DNA of 64,000 bases from Lama guanicoe (lineage: Eukaryota): positions 7,153,957 to 7,217,956 of the forward strand of contig MU053881.1 in NCBI GenBank assembly GCA_013239625.1, written 5' to 3'. Both the position numbers and the translations under genes were made by a program. Positions 38,231 to 50,204 of this stretch are shown piece by piece. Position 1 is the first letter of the stretch; each line of letters starts with the position of its first letter. The notes below the pieces were generated by a model. The model was not told the DNA's origin, searched no databases, and was given only the letters and a program-made list of their open reading frames with translations.

Positions 38231-39529
38231 TAAACTCTGGACCTTCATCTCTGCTATTCTAAATATCTAGGAACTTGATTTCTATTGACAATTATTTGTT
38301 GAATGAATGAGTGAATGAATGCGCTATACTGACCCGAGGTGAGATGCTGGAACAGGTGTTCCACCTAATTCATCTCTGAAACCCCAGAGTTGAGCAGGTG
38401 CCACACAGCAGTGTTTCTGGGTGAGTCAGCCGAATGTTCCCAATTCAGAAGACTAAGTGGTGCAGAGGGCAAGAGCTCTGAGTTTTCACCTAGAAGATCT
38501 GGGTTCAAGTCCCAGGTCCGCCATTTGTCATCTTATGTGGAAGTATTAAGAACTCCTCTCTCTGTCTGGGGCCATGTACGCAGCTTCACAAGGAAAGTCC
38601 ATTGGGTAAACACAGGATTCAAAGAATGTAAGCCAGAAGGGCCTCTAATACTGTCCATAACAGGTGTGGCAAGACCCAAAGTCGTCCCATTTTTGATGAG
38701 GAAATGGATATAACAGACAATCTACTCTTCTCTTACTTCTACTCTATCCCTGCAAGAATGACAATAAATGAGAGCAGTTGGGGAGGCAAGAGGGACTGGT
38801 GGGGACTGTGCCCCCCTAAAGCAGGAAGCTCCCATCAGTTTTAGCCAGTCATCACCACGTACAAAGGCAGGTCCACCCAAGCCAGCTAGTCTGACGTCTA
38901 AGCAGCTGGAAATCTAGACAATCATGTGAAATCTCCCAAATTTTCTTTGTTCCCATCTAACTCAAAATTAATTTTATAACTTTGAGTGGGCCGGCACCAT
39001 GAGAGGTTACCACAGTTACCCCAGGGGCTGTGAGCGTTTGACCTGTAATCCAGTCCAACAGGCTCAGCCTACGAAGTGTGACCCTGAAGCCCAAATCACG
39101 TAAGGACCTGGTCTAATTAATGGTGGTTAGTCATACAGAGTCAGGGAAGGGAGCTGGTCCCAGTCCTCCAGCCAACCCTAAGAGATCAAGTCATGCCGAG
39201 GCAGAATGTGGATGTTGTAAGAAATAACGACAAAATGTGCAGAGAAAACTCGACACCAGACAAAATACTTCATAGGTGAGAACAGTGCACCCGAGGCTTC
39301 CAGTCGTAGAAAATCCACAGCAGACTCCAGGTGCGTGAACCAAAACTAAAATAGAAACTTACGTAACCTTCAGCGGACAATTTCTCTGCTCCAAGACAGG
39401 GCCACTTGGCCTGCCCCCAGACTCAGGCCTCTCAATCCTGGTCACACAGCGATCTCCACTCCTGATTACTCAGATCTGTCTTCTGAAAGCTTCTGTTGTG
39501 TGACTGTCTGAAAAGGCTGCTGTGCTGAG

Positions 39530-39760
39530 ATAATACTAATATTTATTGAGCTCTTGGTACATGCCAGACGCCGTCTAAGCTCTTCTGCATGTATCAGTGC
39601 ACCTAATCCTCAAAAAACCCTGTGAGGAAGGCTTATGAGTTCCCCTGTGAGGATACTGAAGCCCAGAAAGGTTAATGACATCCCTAAGGGCTCACAGCTA
39701 GAAAACAGCAGCTCTGGGTTTAGCCCCAGACAGGCTGACTCCAGCGTCCAAGCATTTAGT
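39530..39760 (-). mobile_element. MIR SINE
   Basis: 'ataatactaatatttattgagctc...aatcctcaaaaaaccctgtgagg...ctgaagcccagaaaggttaatgac...tcacagctag'. Confidence 0.75.
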
Positions 39761-39800
39761 CATCGCCCATGATGGCTCTTGCCTAATCTTCTGATACCAG

Positions 39801-39840
39801 GAGAGAGAGAGAGAGAGAGAGGGAGGGAGGGAGAGGAGGG
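39801..39840. repeat. (GA)n(GGGA)n purine tract
   Basis: Directly visible. Confidence 0.9.
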
Positions 39841-42499
39841 CACCAGCACCTACTGAGAACCTTGCAAAATAGGCTCCAGGATTCAATTTGGCTCCAGCTC
39901 GAACCTTCTTCAGAACAGAGGGCACCAGATCCCCACAGTGTCTGTGATCCCCAAAGGGACAGACCTTTTTCCTCCGTGACTTTTATTTCCCTTTGCGAAC
40001 GTGTGTTCTGCTGGAAGATAATCTAAAACACTCTTTGCTCTAAAAGAAACTTGAGAAAGGAGGGTAGCTTGCTCACTGACGTGAGGGTGGATGGATGTTC
40101 AAGAGTCTATTTGCCTTTCCCACTTCAAAAGTGAGACCTCCAGCTCTTTTATCAAGAAGTCTTAAATGACAGGGCGATCTCCTCCTCCGTCCGCTCCTTT
40201 AATTAGATGAACTCTGAAACGTTACACCTCTGTGTACACTCAGAAGCTCTCCTACTCTGTTCCCTTTTGAGCTCTGTAATTTATTTTAAAGAGCATATTG
40301 AACATGTTATTTGCTCTGTGAGCCACGGCCCAAAGAAATCAAATTCTAACCTGATCACAGCATTACGTTCCCCAGTCATTAAAAAGTTGCCAGGCTCCCC
40401 TACCCTCACTTACCAAAGCCTCCAACTTAAGTGTAAATTCAGTCTGCCGTTCCAGGCTCCAGCCACCTTTCCAAGCTTTTTTTTTTTTCCTTCTACTTTT
40501 CATTGACTAATTCTCTTCTCCTTTAAGCTAGCCTGGGCTTACTGGTTGTTATCTCCTTTCAAAGACCAACATTTCATGCAGCCCTCTGGGGAATGGAAGT
40601 GGGTCTCCCTCAGGCTCTCAGGCACCTGACTTTAGAATTCTGCACTGTCACTGTCACAATCTCCCTCCTGGGAAGCATAAGGGCAAAGACTGTATCATCC
40701 ATGCTTCGCTATCACATTTCACACATAGTAGGTGTTCAGCAAATGTTTCCAAAGTTGAATTTGTCATCTGGGAAACTGATTCATGAATGGGACAGTCCTG
40801 GACTCGATGTAAAAAGACTCCAAGAAAATGACCACAGGGCTATACACCTTCGTCTGCATGCTCTGATTTTCCCCGAGTGACCATCTTCTGCTAGGAAACT
40901 CTGTGATGCTGAGGGAGGGAGGGCACTGAGTGGCTTCTGTCACTCCTCTGGAACTGGATGCATACAAAAACGGTATGGGGACATTCTTTTAATTTGGTGA
41001 CTGAACAAACACTTGTCATGTCTGCCTGATGCTGAACAGTGTGTTCGGTCTGGGGGAGGAATAGCCCGGTGCCAGTCATGGCGGGGAGCTCCTCGGCAGC
41101 AAAGGATTCAGGCAAAGCACCTTGAGGACCTGGCCCTGAGTGGGTGGCCAAAATCGTCTGCAGAAGGAATAAGGTGGGGGAGAAGGGAAGGAGGAGGAAG
41201 GGAGAGCAGCCTAGAAGGAATATATAAACCTGTGGTTGTCTGTATGTGTGCGTGGGTAGAGGATCGATGATGTAGCTGATGGATGGATGGAGATGAAAAA
41301 CAGAGCAAGCTGCAAATCATCATCCCCCCCTCCACCCTAAGTCTCTCTCTATAACGTTATCCTATTTTACCTTTTTTATGGCACTAATCACAGTCTGAAG
41401 TTATTTACATATTTGTTTAACCTTTATTGAAAAAATTCTGAATCCCCTTATGGAAATGTAAGCTCTGTGAGACCAGGTATCTCATCTGTGCTGTTCCCCA
41501 CAGTCCCCCCAGAGCCCAGGCCGTAACAGACAAACGACTATTTGTTAAGTGAATGAATAAAAGAAGTTGTCAGATGGAATTCTCACCCCCCAAATTTAGA
41601 CCAGCAAGTAAGGAGGGTGAGTATCGAACGGCGGCCTGGTTCTGCTCCCGGTGCCTCTCAAGGGGAACCCTCCCTGAGTCTCTGGGAGAGTGGGGTCAGC
41701 CCCAGGGGGAGAAACCTGAGGGAGCAAGCTCGGCAGACCCTGCTTCTAGCAACTGCAAGGACTCCCCAGTCCCTCCGACACCTGGCGCAGCTTTTCAGAA
41801 TGCTGCGCGGTGTGGCATTTATTTTTTATTTATGGAATTGCCTGTGTGCTCACGCCAACCCGGCAGGCATTACAGCACAGGAGGACCCGTTCCTGTCCCT
41901 CTCCTGCAGATAACAGGCAATCTGCAGGGTGATGCACGCATGCTGATGGCCTGTCACTCCCTCCCTGCAAAACAAATACACTTCTTGTTAAGGGTTTTAT
42001 CAGAGTTGGGGATTTTCAGCTCCATTTTAGAGGGTGAGAATAACAAACGATGAAACTGAAGGAGGCAGTTTAACGTGGAGGGACGGAAAAGCCCGGGTTC
42101 CAGGGCAGACAGATCAGGACAAGCGCACGTTAGCTGAGTGGCCCTCGGCAGGACGAGCCCCGCTTTTCCATCTGTAAGAAGTGGGTAACGAGGTCTGCCT
42201 CGGAGGGCTGCAGGGGGGACCACGGATGAGGCAGCCAGAGCCTAGTGCCTGGCATTCCGCCTGGGCCCCGTCCGTGAACGCCAGGTCCCTCCTTATTCCT
42301 GGGTTCAAATCATGTCTCTGTCACTAGTTTGGTATGTGACTTTGGAGGGCCGTCTCGTGTCTCTGAACTTCCGTTTCTGCAGCTCTAAATGGGAACCTAG
42401 CAGGGACGCAGAGTCGTGTGAGGAGTAAGAGCGTGGTGCAGAGGGGACCTTTAGGGCTGCGCCAGGTACATCATAAGCGCCCTCCAGTGTGACTGCACT

Positions 42500-42967
42500 C
42501 AGTGCTCCCTTGCAACTCCTCTGGCCTTCACTCCGTCCCAACAACGTGACAGAACTCCTCCTTGCCGCAGGGCCTTTGCCCGTGCTGTTCCCTCTGCCTG
42601 GAACACCGTGCCCCCAGATCTCTGCACACTGGCTCCATCTCAGTGTTCGGGGCTTGGTCTAAAGGCCTCCTCCCAAGTGAGGTCTTTGCTGCCCACTCAG
42701 TCTTAGTTAGCCTCCCTCAGTCCTGACATTCTCTGCGACAAACTCCCGTTGTGAGACTGTCAGAGCACTTATCACCATGGGACATCATTTGTCTCATTTG
42801 GTTTGCTGCTTTATTGTCTCTCCTCACCCAGATAGCATGGGGCCCCACGGGAGCAGAAACCAGCCGGTCTTATTTCTTAAAACAGTGTCTGATGCTAACG
42901 GGTCCTCAGTAGATTTGCGGGATGAAGAAGTGAGTGACTGGGTGACAATGAATGAATGAATGAATGA
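42500..42967 (+). mobile_element. L2 LINE 3' end
   Basis: 'cagggcctttgcccgtgctgttccctctgcctggaacac...', terminating in (ATGA)n. Confidence 0.75.
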
Positions 42968-43924
42968 CCGGGCGCCCAGGAGGGGAAGTGAGCTGGAGCA
43001 ACGAGTCTTTGCAGCATTCTGCTGGGGTTCCACCCACCTGATGCCCAAGAGAGGCGCGGCGCTGAAGGCCAGTTTCCAAGGCTCCCCTGCGCTTTCCTCC
43101 AAATATGAAAACCAGCTAATGATGAGCCTAAAATAGCTCCTGGGAGAGCCCTCTAGGACTTCCTGTGACTAATCACCCTCAAGTCACCCAGTGAGAGCGG
43201 CTAACACATCTCACCCCTCAGATTCTGCCTCCTGACGCACCGGGCAGGGCTGTGGGGGGGGCTGGAACCCAACTTCCCCCACTGCCACCTTCCAGGACGG
43301 CTCCACAGGGCTGGAGATTGCTCTTGTCTTCCAGTGACAAGAGCTTGGGTCCCTTTGATCCTCTAAGGCAGAAAGACTGTAACATGATGCCTTCCTCACA
43401 TTTACTGCTGCCTGTTTCTGCCTGTGGAATGAGCCAGGTCCTCTTGGGGAAAAACACTGCTTTGGCTCTGAAGGGCCTCACGCAGCTGACGGCTTGTGAA
43501 TGGATGGCGGGCAGCGGGGAGCAGGGGCGGGCGTCAGTGTTGCACCAGGGCGGGAGCCTGCCTGCCTGGCCCCAGGAGGCTTCCTGGAGCCGGCAATAGG
43601 GGGGATGATCACTTTTCTGGAGAAGAATCACATCAATATTCTGGGTGACTCTTATGCAAATGAGGACAAATCTTGGAGCCGGAAGCCAGAGTAAAACTAG
43701 GCCACACCAAGGACCAAGGCCATGGACACAGCAAAATAATAAGCAAAAACCAGAGGTGCTGGCTGCTGGAGGAAAGGTTTGGGGCTAACACTTTCAGAAG
43801 GAAGTTTTCTGCAGGCCGGAAGGAGGAGTGATTTTCAGGTGGCAGGAACACATCCCGTGTCCTTTCTACTCCCTCTTACTGTCCCTGTAAAAGGGGCGAC
43901 TGTTGACCTGCTGACACAACCCAG

Positions 43925-44105
43925 CCAGTTATTTACTGAGGACCCTGGGCAACCTACTTCACTCCTCTGAGCCTCGATTTTCTCACCTGTGAAATGGAGA
44001 AATAATATCTCCCTAACTGAATAAGAACTCTTGGGAAGATTAAATGAGACAACACATACAAGATGCTCAGCACCATGCTGGGCACAGAGTAACAGCTCAA
44101 GTAAC
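43925..44105 (+). mobile_element. MIR SINE
   Basis: 'ctgggcaacctacttcactcctctgagcctcgatttctcacctgtgaaatggag...gaagattaaatgagacaa'. Confidence 0.8.
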
Positions 44106-45699
44106 TGTCCTGATCAGTATCATTTCAATTGAGTTTATCCCCGCTAACTTTTCACACTAAGATGCAAAGGAGTTCAGACGTGTCCCACTCTATCCTCCTG
44201 ATCTTTCTGCACAAAATGACACATCTCCTCTAACTGGAGGAGGAAAGGGACATGTCACTCCTTGTGCACCCACTACAGCATTACTAGAGGATTACTGACC
44301 CATTGTATGGATGATAACACAGGCCCAGAGAGGTGAAGTGACTTTCCCAAGGTCACACAGCTTGTAAGTAGTAGAGAAAGAGTTGTTTGGTTTGAAACCC
44401 ACGGTCTTTGAACCATGCCACAGGGTGCTTCCTGGGTCAGGAGACAGAGACGGGAACTACACTGTGTTCCCTAATCTGGAAATGGAGGGTTTCCACGGAG
44501 GTGAATGTCTTTTGTCCTGGTTATGCCAAGAAGATAACCCTGAAGCTGTAATAAGGATCCAAATCCTCCTAGAGTCATTTGCCAGACATTCTTCGGGAAG
44601 ACAGACCCCAGAGAGGAGGTCTGAAAGGAAAAAAAGATTGGAATACTTGACCGATGGAGACAGGGCGACAACGAGACAAGGTATCTGGGAAATGAAGTGC
44701 TCCGAGTGACTGGAGCCCACTGGGCTCATGGAGGAGGGAGACTTCCTTCCTACGGTCAGAGATTGCTCAGCTTCCTCCTCATCACAGCCAACACCAGAAA
44801 GTGCCCTTCTAAAGCTGCCCAGAAAGGGCAAGGGTGCTAGTATTGGTAATAGCCACCCGGTGCTTTTTATAAACCTATTTGCTCATTTAATCCTCCCAAC
44901 CATTGTGAAATGGGTGCATTGTCCCCATTTCACAGACAAGAAGACTGAGGATCAGGGTGGCAAAATGCTCCCCCAGGGCCACACTTTGTCGGGGATTCCA
45001 CTGAGGATGGGGAGGGGGGTCCTAAACCTGGCTGGCACCCACTCCACAGGCTTGTTTGCAATCCCTCCCTCCAAAACTCCTTACAAGGAGTGCTCCCTCC
45101 AGCATCTCTCCTAGTGTCACTGTCTGCTCCTTTAATTTGGGCAGGGGAAGGTCACTGCTGCCATGCTCTATTTTTGATAATCCTCCTTGCTCGGCAGAAC
45201 ACGCCTCTGCCTGCCTTGAAGGGCCAGTGAGCTTTGTTCCGAGGTGTCAGCCACGCCACTGTCATTACCTTGCAGACGCTCTCCACACAGGCAGACCACA
45301 GGGAGTCAAGAGCCCGCCAGCTCTCCAGGTTACATAAAATCAGGGTACCCTGTGGTATGTCATCTCACCACTCTGCACCTCACTTTTCTCCTCTGTAAAA
45401 TGGGTCCTCAAAGGGGATGATGGCAGCAGTCTGGGCTAAACGGCATCATCTGGGTAAAATGCAAGGCCAGGCCTGGCTTGCACACGACAAGTGCTTTATA
45501 AGCGCTAATTAGTCTGACACCTGAAGAATATAGCATCACACTGTGCCAAGGCCAGAAAGCCCTTGGAAATGAATTAGCCCCTGAACCTCTCGCTTTACAG
45601 AGAAGGTACCCCCAAAGTAAAGCCAGGTTTCTAATATTTCACAGCAAGTGTCAGAGATGACATTAGGACAAGCTCCCCTCACTCAGGTATTCCAGGGCA

Positions 45700-45879
45700 G
45701 GGGATCTCAAATATAACCAGCATCAGAGTCACCTGCAGGGGGAGCTAAGATGGAGCACTGGGCCCCACCCCAAACCTCCTGGTTCGGTAGGTATGGGTGC
45801 GGCCTGATTACGTGCATTTCTGTCAAGCTCCCGGTGATGCTGACTTGAGGGTTCCAGGGCCCCACCTTGAGAAGCACTG
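45700..45879 (-). mobile_element. MER5A MITE
   Basis: 'gcatcagagtcacctg...ctgggccccaccc...tgcatttctgtcaagctcccggtgatgctga...ccaccttgagaagcactg'. Confidence 0.75.
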
Positions 45880-45881
45880 CC

Positions 45882-46210
45882 ACAGGGTATGCAAACTAAT
45901 GCCTGGTGGGGCCAGGCTGGTGAGTTAATGTAACAGGAGAGCTGAGAGCTAAGGGTAACTGGAGATCCTGCCAGGTCTTGTGGGAACAGTTGCTACTCAT
46001 CAGCACAGAATGGTGCTGAGCAGAAATGTGGGTCCTGAGTTTCCAGACCTTCTGTTTTCTCGAGAGAAGCCATAAATCTGTCTTTTTATGTGGAAACTAC
46101 TAGTGTTTAAATGTTAGCAACTATTTCACATTTTTCAAAACTGTTCCGACCACTAAATCACAACCACGTGTTGAGTTTTGGGCCCGCAGTCCACAAGTTT
46201 GGGACCTCGG
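45882..46210 (+). mobile_element. MER102-like hAT-Charlie element
   Basis: 'cagggtatgcaaactaatgcct...ggggccagg...ttttctcgagagaagccataaatctgtctttttatgtggaaac...tttaaatgttagcaacta'. Related, more degenerate copies lie at about 22180-22390 and 38740-39045. Confidence 0.65.
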
Positions 46211-48234
46211 TGTCGCCTCGTCCATGGAGCCTGAATCTGAGGATGGGACCAGCCCTACAGAGAGCTTCTGCATATTCTGCTAGTTCTGCTAGAGAAATCT
46301 AATCCAGAAACCATGGCTTATAACCCCAAAAGGGAAGGTACCGAGGAAAATTTTCAAATCTGTTTCTCCTATTCACATTCCCCATGCATTCTCCAAAGCT
46401 GAAACTTAACTTCCTGAGTGTGCATCACAAAGCAGGAACATTTACTCCGGAGGTGGGGGAAACCCAGTGTTTCCCTCAATTGGATGGAGGAGAGAGAAGG
46501 ATGCTGCAGGGGGCATCCAAAGCTGTGCGGGCTCTTCCAGCTCGCCCTGGAGCGTTCCTGCATTTATTCCTCTTTTTTGGTGACTGATAACAACAACGAT
46601 GTCTGTTGCTTGTATATGATTTGCCAGATATTTTACATATGGTGTCTCATTTAACCCTGACAGGATTGTGAAGAAAGTGTTATTTTTATTCCTGTCCTTC
46701 AGCCAAGCTAGCAAACCCACACCCAGAGCACCTATAGGGAGCAGGGACGGAGGAAGAGCTCACACCAGGGCTTGGGAGCAACAAAGACAAATGACCTTCC
46801 AGTAGGCTGGCTGGTGGTTTCACTGGTTGCTGGGCCCACATGGTCTCCCTTACGCAGAGGGCAGGGCTGTGTCCTCTGTTTCTCCATTTCCCTTATAGGG
46901 TCAAGGTCAGACCTTGGAGGAGACCTTGGACCTCATATCCTCAAGGCATCAAAACGGCAGCCAGTGGAGTCAGCGCCACCGTGGCAATAAATTCCTCCTC
47001 CTCACCAGAGAGGGAACTTGGGAAAGAAAATTACAGTTTTCTGTAAAATATGGAAATAGATGCTTACAAACGAGTTCAAATTTATGATAATTTCCCAGTA
47101 CCTCCAGACATCCCGCTTGAACATCTGTGTGGTTCACGGACGAGCGCGTGAACTGTTGCTAATCAGAAGTGAATTGTGCCAGCTCCACAGACCCGTGCTT
47201 CTTGGGTTTTTAGAACTTCCTCCCCCTGCTCAGTCTCCCTCTAAGTTAATTAGACCATGGGAGAGGCATGGCTACACTTCCATGATTCCAAGGAGCCAGA
47301 AGTCCCTGGGGAGGGAGAACAGACCAAGGGAAATAATATTTTTCTTGCCTTGACAGTTGATTTTTTTAACTCCCTTCTCCATCACCTATACATGCACTGC
47401 CATAAATAAGATATACCACAGACTTTCTCGGATGTCAACATCTTAATGAGAAAATCTGCTTTCTGACACCTTGGAAAAGGTCAATAAAGAAAAAGGAAAC
47501 TAGAGACAGGCCGGCATCCTTCCCCTGTCAGACGTCCCCCATTCCTGCCAGCGGCAGCAGTGGGATTGTTACTTTGCAACTGTAGAGCAGATGTGAAGCC
47601 CAAACGATACGGCAGAGTTTTATTTTCGAATGGTGCATATTTTTAAATTGGGGGAAAGGATGAGGCTTGACATTTACGGGCGACAGAGTTCCTCTCGCAC
47701 AGAGACCCTGCTGTTAAGCACGAGCTGAAACAGGCAGCCACAGGGAAGCGGGGCTCTATTCTGGAGGGGCCTGCCCTCATCCTGTCCCTCCACCTGGAGA
47801 AAAGCTCCTGCTATTAGGTGTCTGCTATTAGGTCCCAGATGGAACCATGCCATGCTCCGTCCAAGATTTCAATGTGGCCTGCGGCTTCCCTCCCTTGTCA
47901 TGCATCATGACCTTGGCACTTTCCATTGTAGCCCACAGATCTTCAAACGGCCACTCACCCTTTGCATCTGCAGCGACTTCTGCGTGGAACACTCTGCCTC
48001 TGCACACCTGCTTCAGTCTTCAGACCTCAGCCTCCCCCAACTTCCCAGACACGGGATCCCCATCATTTCCTCTCCTTGCCCTGCACACTCTCCCTTCAGA
48101 GCATGTCTTCAGTTTGTAATGGAAGACTCTGTTGTGGGGGACCTAATGCCTGCTTACCCTACTCAGGCGCACTCTACGGGGGCAGGCTCGCTGCCTGTTT
48201 TTGCTTACCTCTGAATACCAGACATTTAGCACCA

Positions 48235-48450
48235 TCAGGGCTCGTCAGCCCCCGCATGACTGACGCTGTGGGTCAGATAATTCTTTGTTGGGGGTTAAGG
48301 GGCTCTCCTTTGCACTGTAGGATCAGCAGCAGCAGACCTGGCCTCTACCCACTAGCTGCCAGATCACTCCAAGGTGTGAAAACCCAGAGTGTCTCCAGAC
48401 ATTAGTAAGTGTCCTCTGGGGGCAAAGCCACCCTGGGCTGAGAATCACTG
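48235..48450 (-). mobile_element. MER20 (hAT-Charlie)
   Basis: 'gggtcagataattctttgttgggg...ctggcctctacccactag...gtgtctccagacatt...gtcctctgggggcaaa...tgagaatcactg'. Confidence 0.85.
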
Positions 48451-48719
48451 AACTAGGGTCTGGCACATATCTGGCACTCAGTAAAGACCCACCTACTGTC
48501 CAAAGCCCTTTCTACTTTCCTTTTGAAAGCAGCAGACCCCTTTCTAAAAATCGGTAGAAAAACCAACACTGAAAGCAGTGGAATATGTGCTGTCCAAAGG
48601 AGGGATGAGGGTCTGGGGACCCATCTGCTCACCCCTCTCCCCCTGCAGACGTCCAGAAACACAGACGACTCCCACGGAATGTAGGCGTGTAGGTTTGGGG
48701 GTGAAATATTTTAAAATGA

Positions 48720-48890
48720 CACTTCTGGGTAACCTTGAGCAAGTCACTTAAATGCTTAGAGCCTCCATTTTTCCATCTGTAAATTGGGGAAATAGTCTCT
48801 GTTATAGGTTTGCGGTAAGGAGCAAACAAGTCAACGTGAGCAAAGAATCTTATCCATGCCTGACACACAGGAGGAGCTAAACCATAGGTT
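48720..48890 (+). mobile_element. MIR SINE
   Basis: 'accttgagcaagtcacttaaatgcttagagcctccatttttccatctgtaaattgggg'. Confidence 0.8.
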
Positions 48891-49639
48891 GACTCTTTTC
48901 CCCCTTTCTTATATCCTTCAGGGACCTTACTAGGGAGTGAGTTCTTTACAAGAACTTTAAGTATCTTACTAGTTTTATATGATAACCAATATTTGGACAT
49001 GAAAATCCCCAAAAAGAACCATTCATTTTTATGCAAAAAAAAAACAAAAACAAAAAACCTCACCCAAAAAGAAAAACAAAGAATTTGCTTAAGGTGGCAG
49101 CTGCTCTGGGTAGCTCTGCAAACATTTCTTGAATAGACTGTAAGCTTTACTCAGGGGGGCAGGTTTGCCCCTGCAGGTATGACCTCCATGGCTGGTGAAG
49201 TACAGGCACACAAAAAAGTGTTAGCTGAATAAATATCTGGCTGTTTCAAAACTTAATGGTTCCCTGGATCTCAGAATTGTAGTCAACCTGAGTTTTCACT
49301 ATTTGAAGTCCATGGTGATGTTCACATCCCATTCCACTGCCAAGGACCAGAGAAGTTGGTCCAAAAGACAAAGAACTGAGACTAGGCTGGCAGAATAGAG
49401 AAGGGACCCTTCGCTCATGTGAGTAACCTGAGTTCAATGTTGTTAGTGACCAAGAGTAGGATGGTTGGCACCTGCTGGGTCCGAGGCCCCAGAGGTCCAG
49501 GGCTAAGGAAGCACATTCAAGTCTTGCCCTTGAGCAGATTCCCCTGAGCTGAAGAGCTAAACTGGGCCAAAGGAGTCCACACAGGAGGTAAAAAGAGGAG
49601 GGTTTAGAAGAAAGGATAAAAGAAACATAAGAAGTACTC

Positions 49640-49983
49640 TTTCTTCATCTGTAAAATTAATTATTATACCCACCTCCTAGAGCTGATGGAGGTATTAAGT
49701 GAGTTGATATATTTAAAGAGCTTAGAACAGGGCTGCCACATAGTAGGTGCCCAACACAAGATACTATTATCATCTTTGTTACTATTATTTTTAGTCCTTT
49801 ACTGAACACTTATCATGGGCCAAACACAGATAAGCATATGTGACTCCATTTTCACAGCCTCAGGAGACAGACTGTATTATCTCCATTTTTACACTTAAGG
49901 AAACTGTAGATCAGGGAGGTGGGAAAGCCCTACCCAAGGTCCCATGCCCGGGGAACAGAGATCCAGGAAGCAAACCCAAGTTT
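49640..49983. mobile_element. Two MIR SINEs joined tail to tail (+ then -)
   Basis: Plus copy 'ttcttcatctgtaaaatt...agagcttagaacagggctgccacatagtagg'; minus copy 'ctccattttt...aaggaaactgtag...cccaaggtccca'. Confidence 0.7.
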
Positions 49984-50204
49984 AGGGCTTAGCAAACGTT
50001 TTCTGAAAGGGTCAGGTTTTTCTTAAGGGGCCAGATAACAAATTTTGAGGTTCTCAGGCCATCGAGTCTTTGCTGCAACCGTTCGGCTCGTCCACTGCAG
50101 TGTGAAAGCCGGTCGGAAACAACATGTAAACAAATGGGCACGGCTGTGTTCCAATAAAACTTTATTTCCAAACCAGGCAGCTGGCCAGTGGTTTGCCAGC
50201 CCCT
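49984..50204 (+). mobile_element. MER58A (hAT-Charlie)
   Basis: 'agggcttagcaaacgttttctg...ggccagata...atgtaaacaaatgggcacggctgtgttccaataaaactttattt...ggtttgccagcccct'. Confidence 0.85.

Noticed and set aside
47808..47833. Direct repeat CTGCTATTAGGT x2
   Set aside because: Simple local slippage duplication with no array or functional context.
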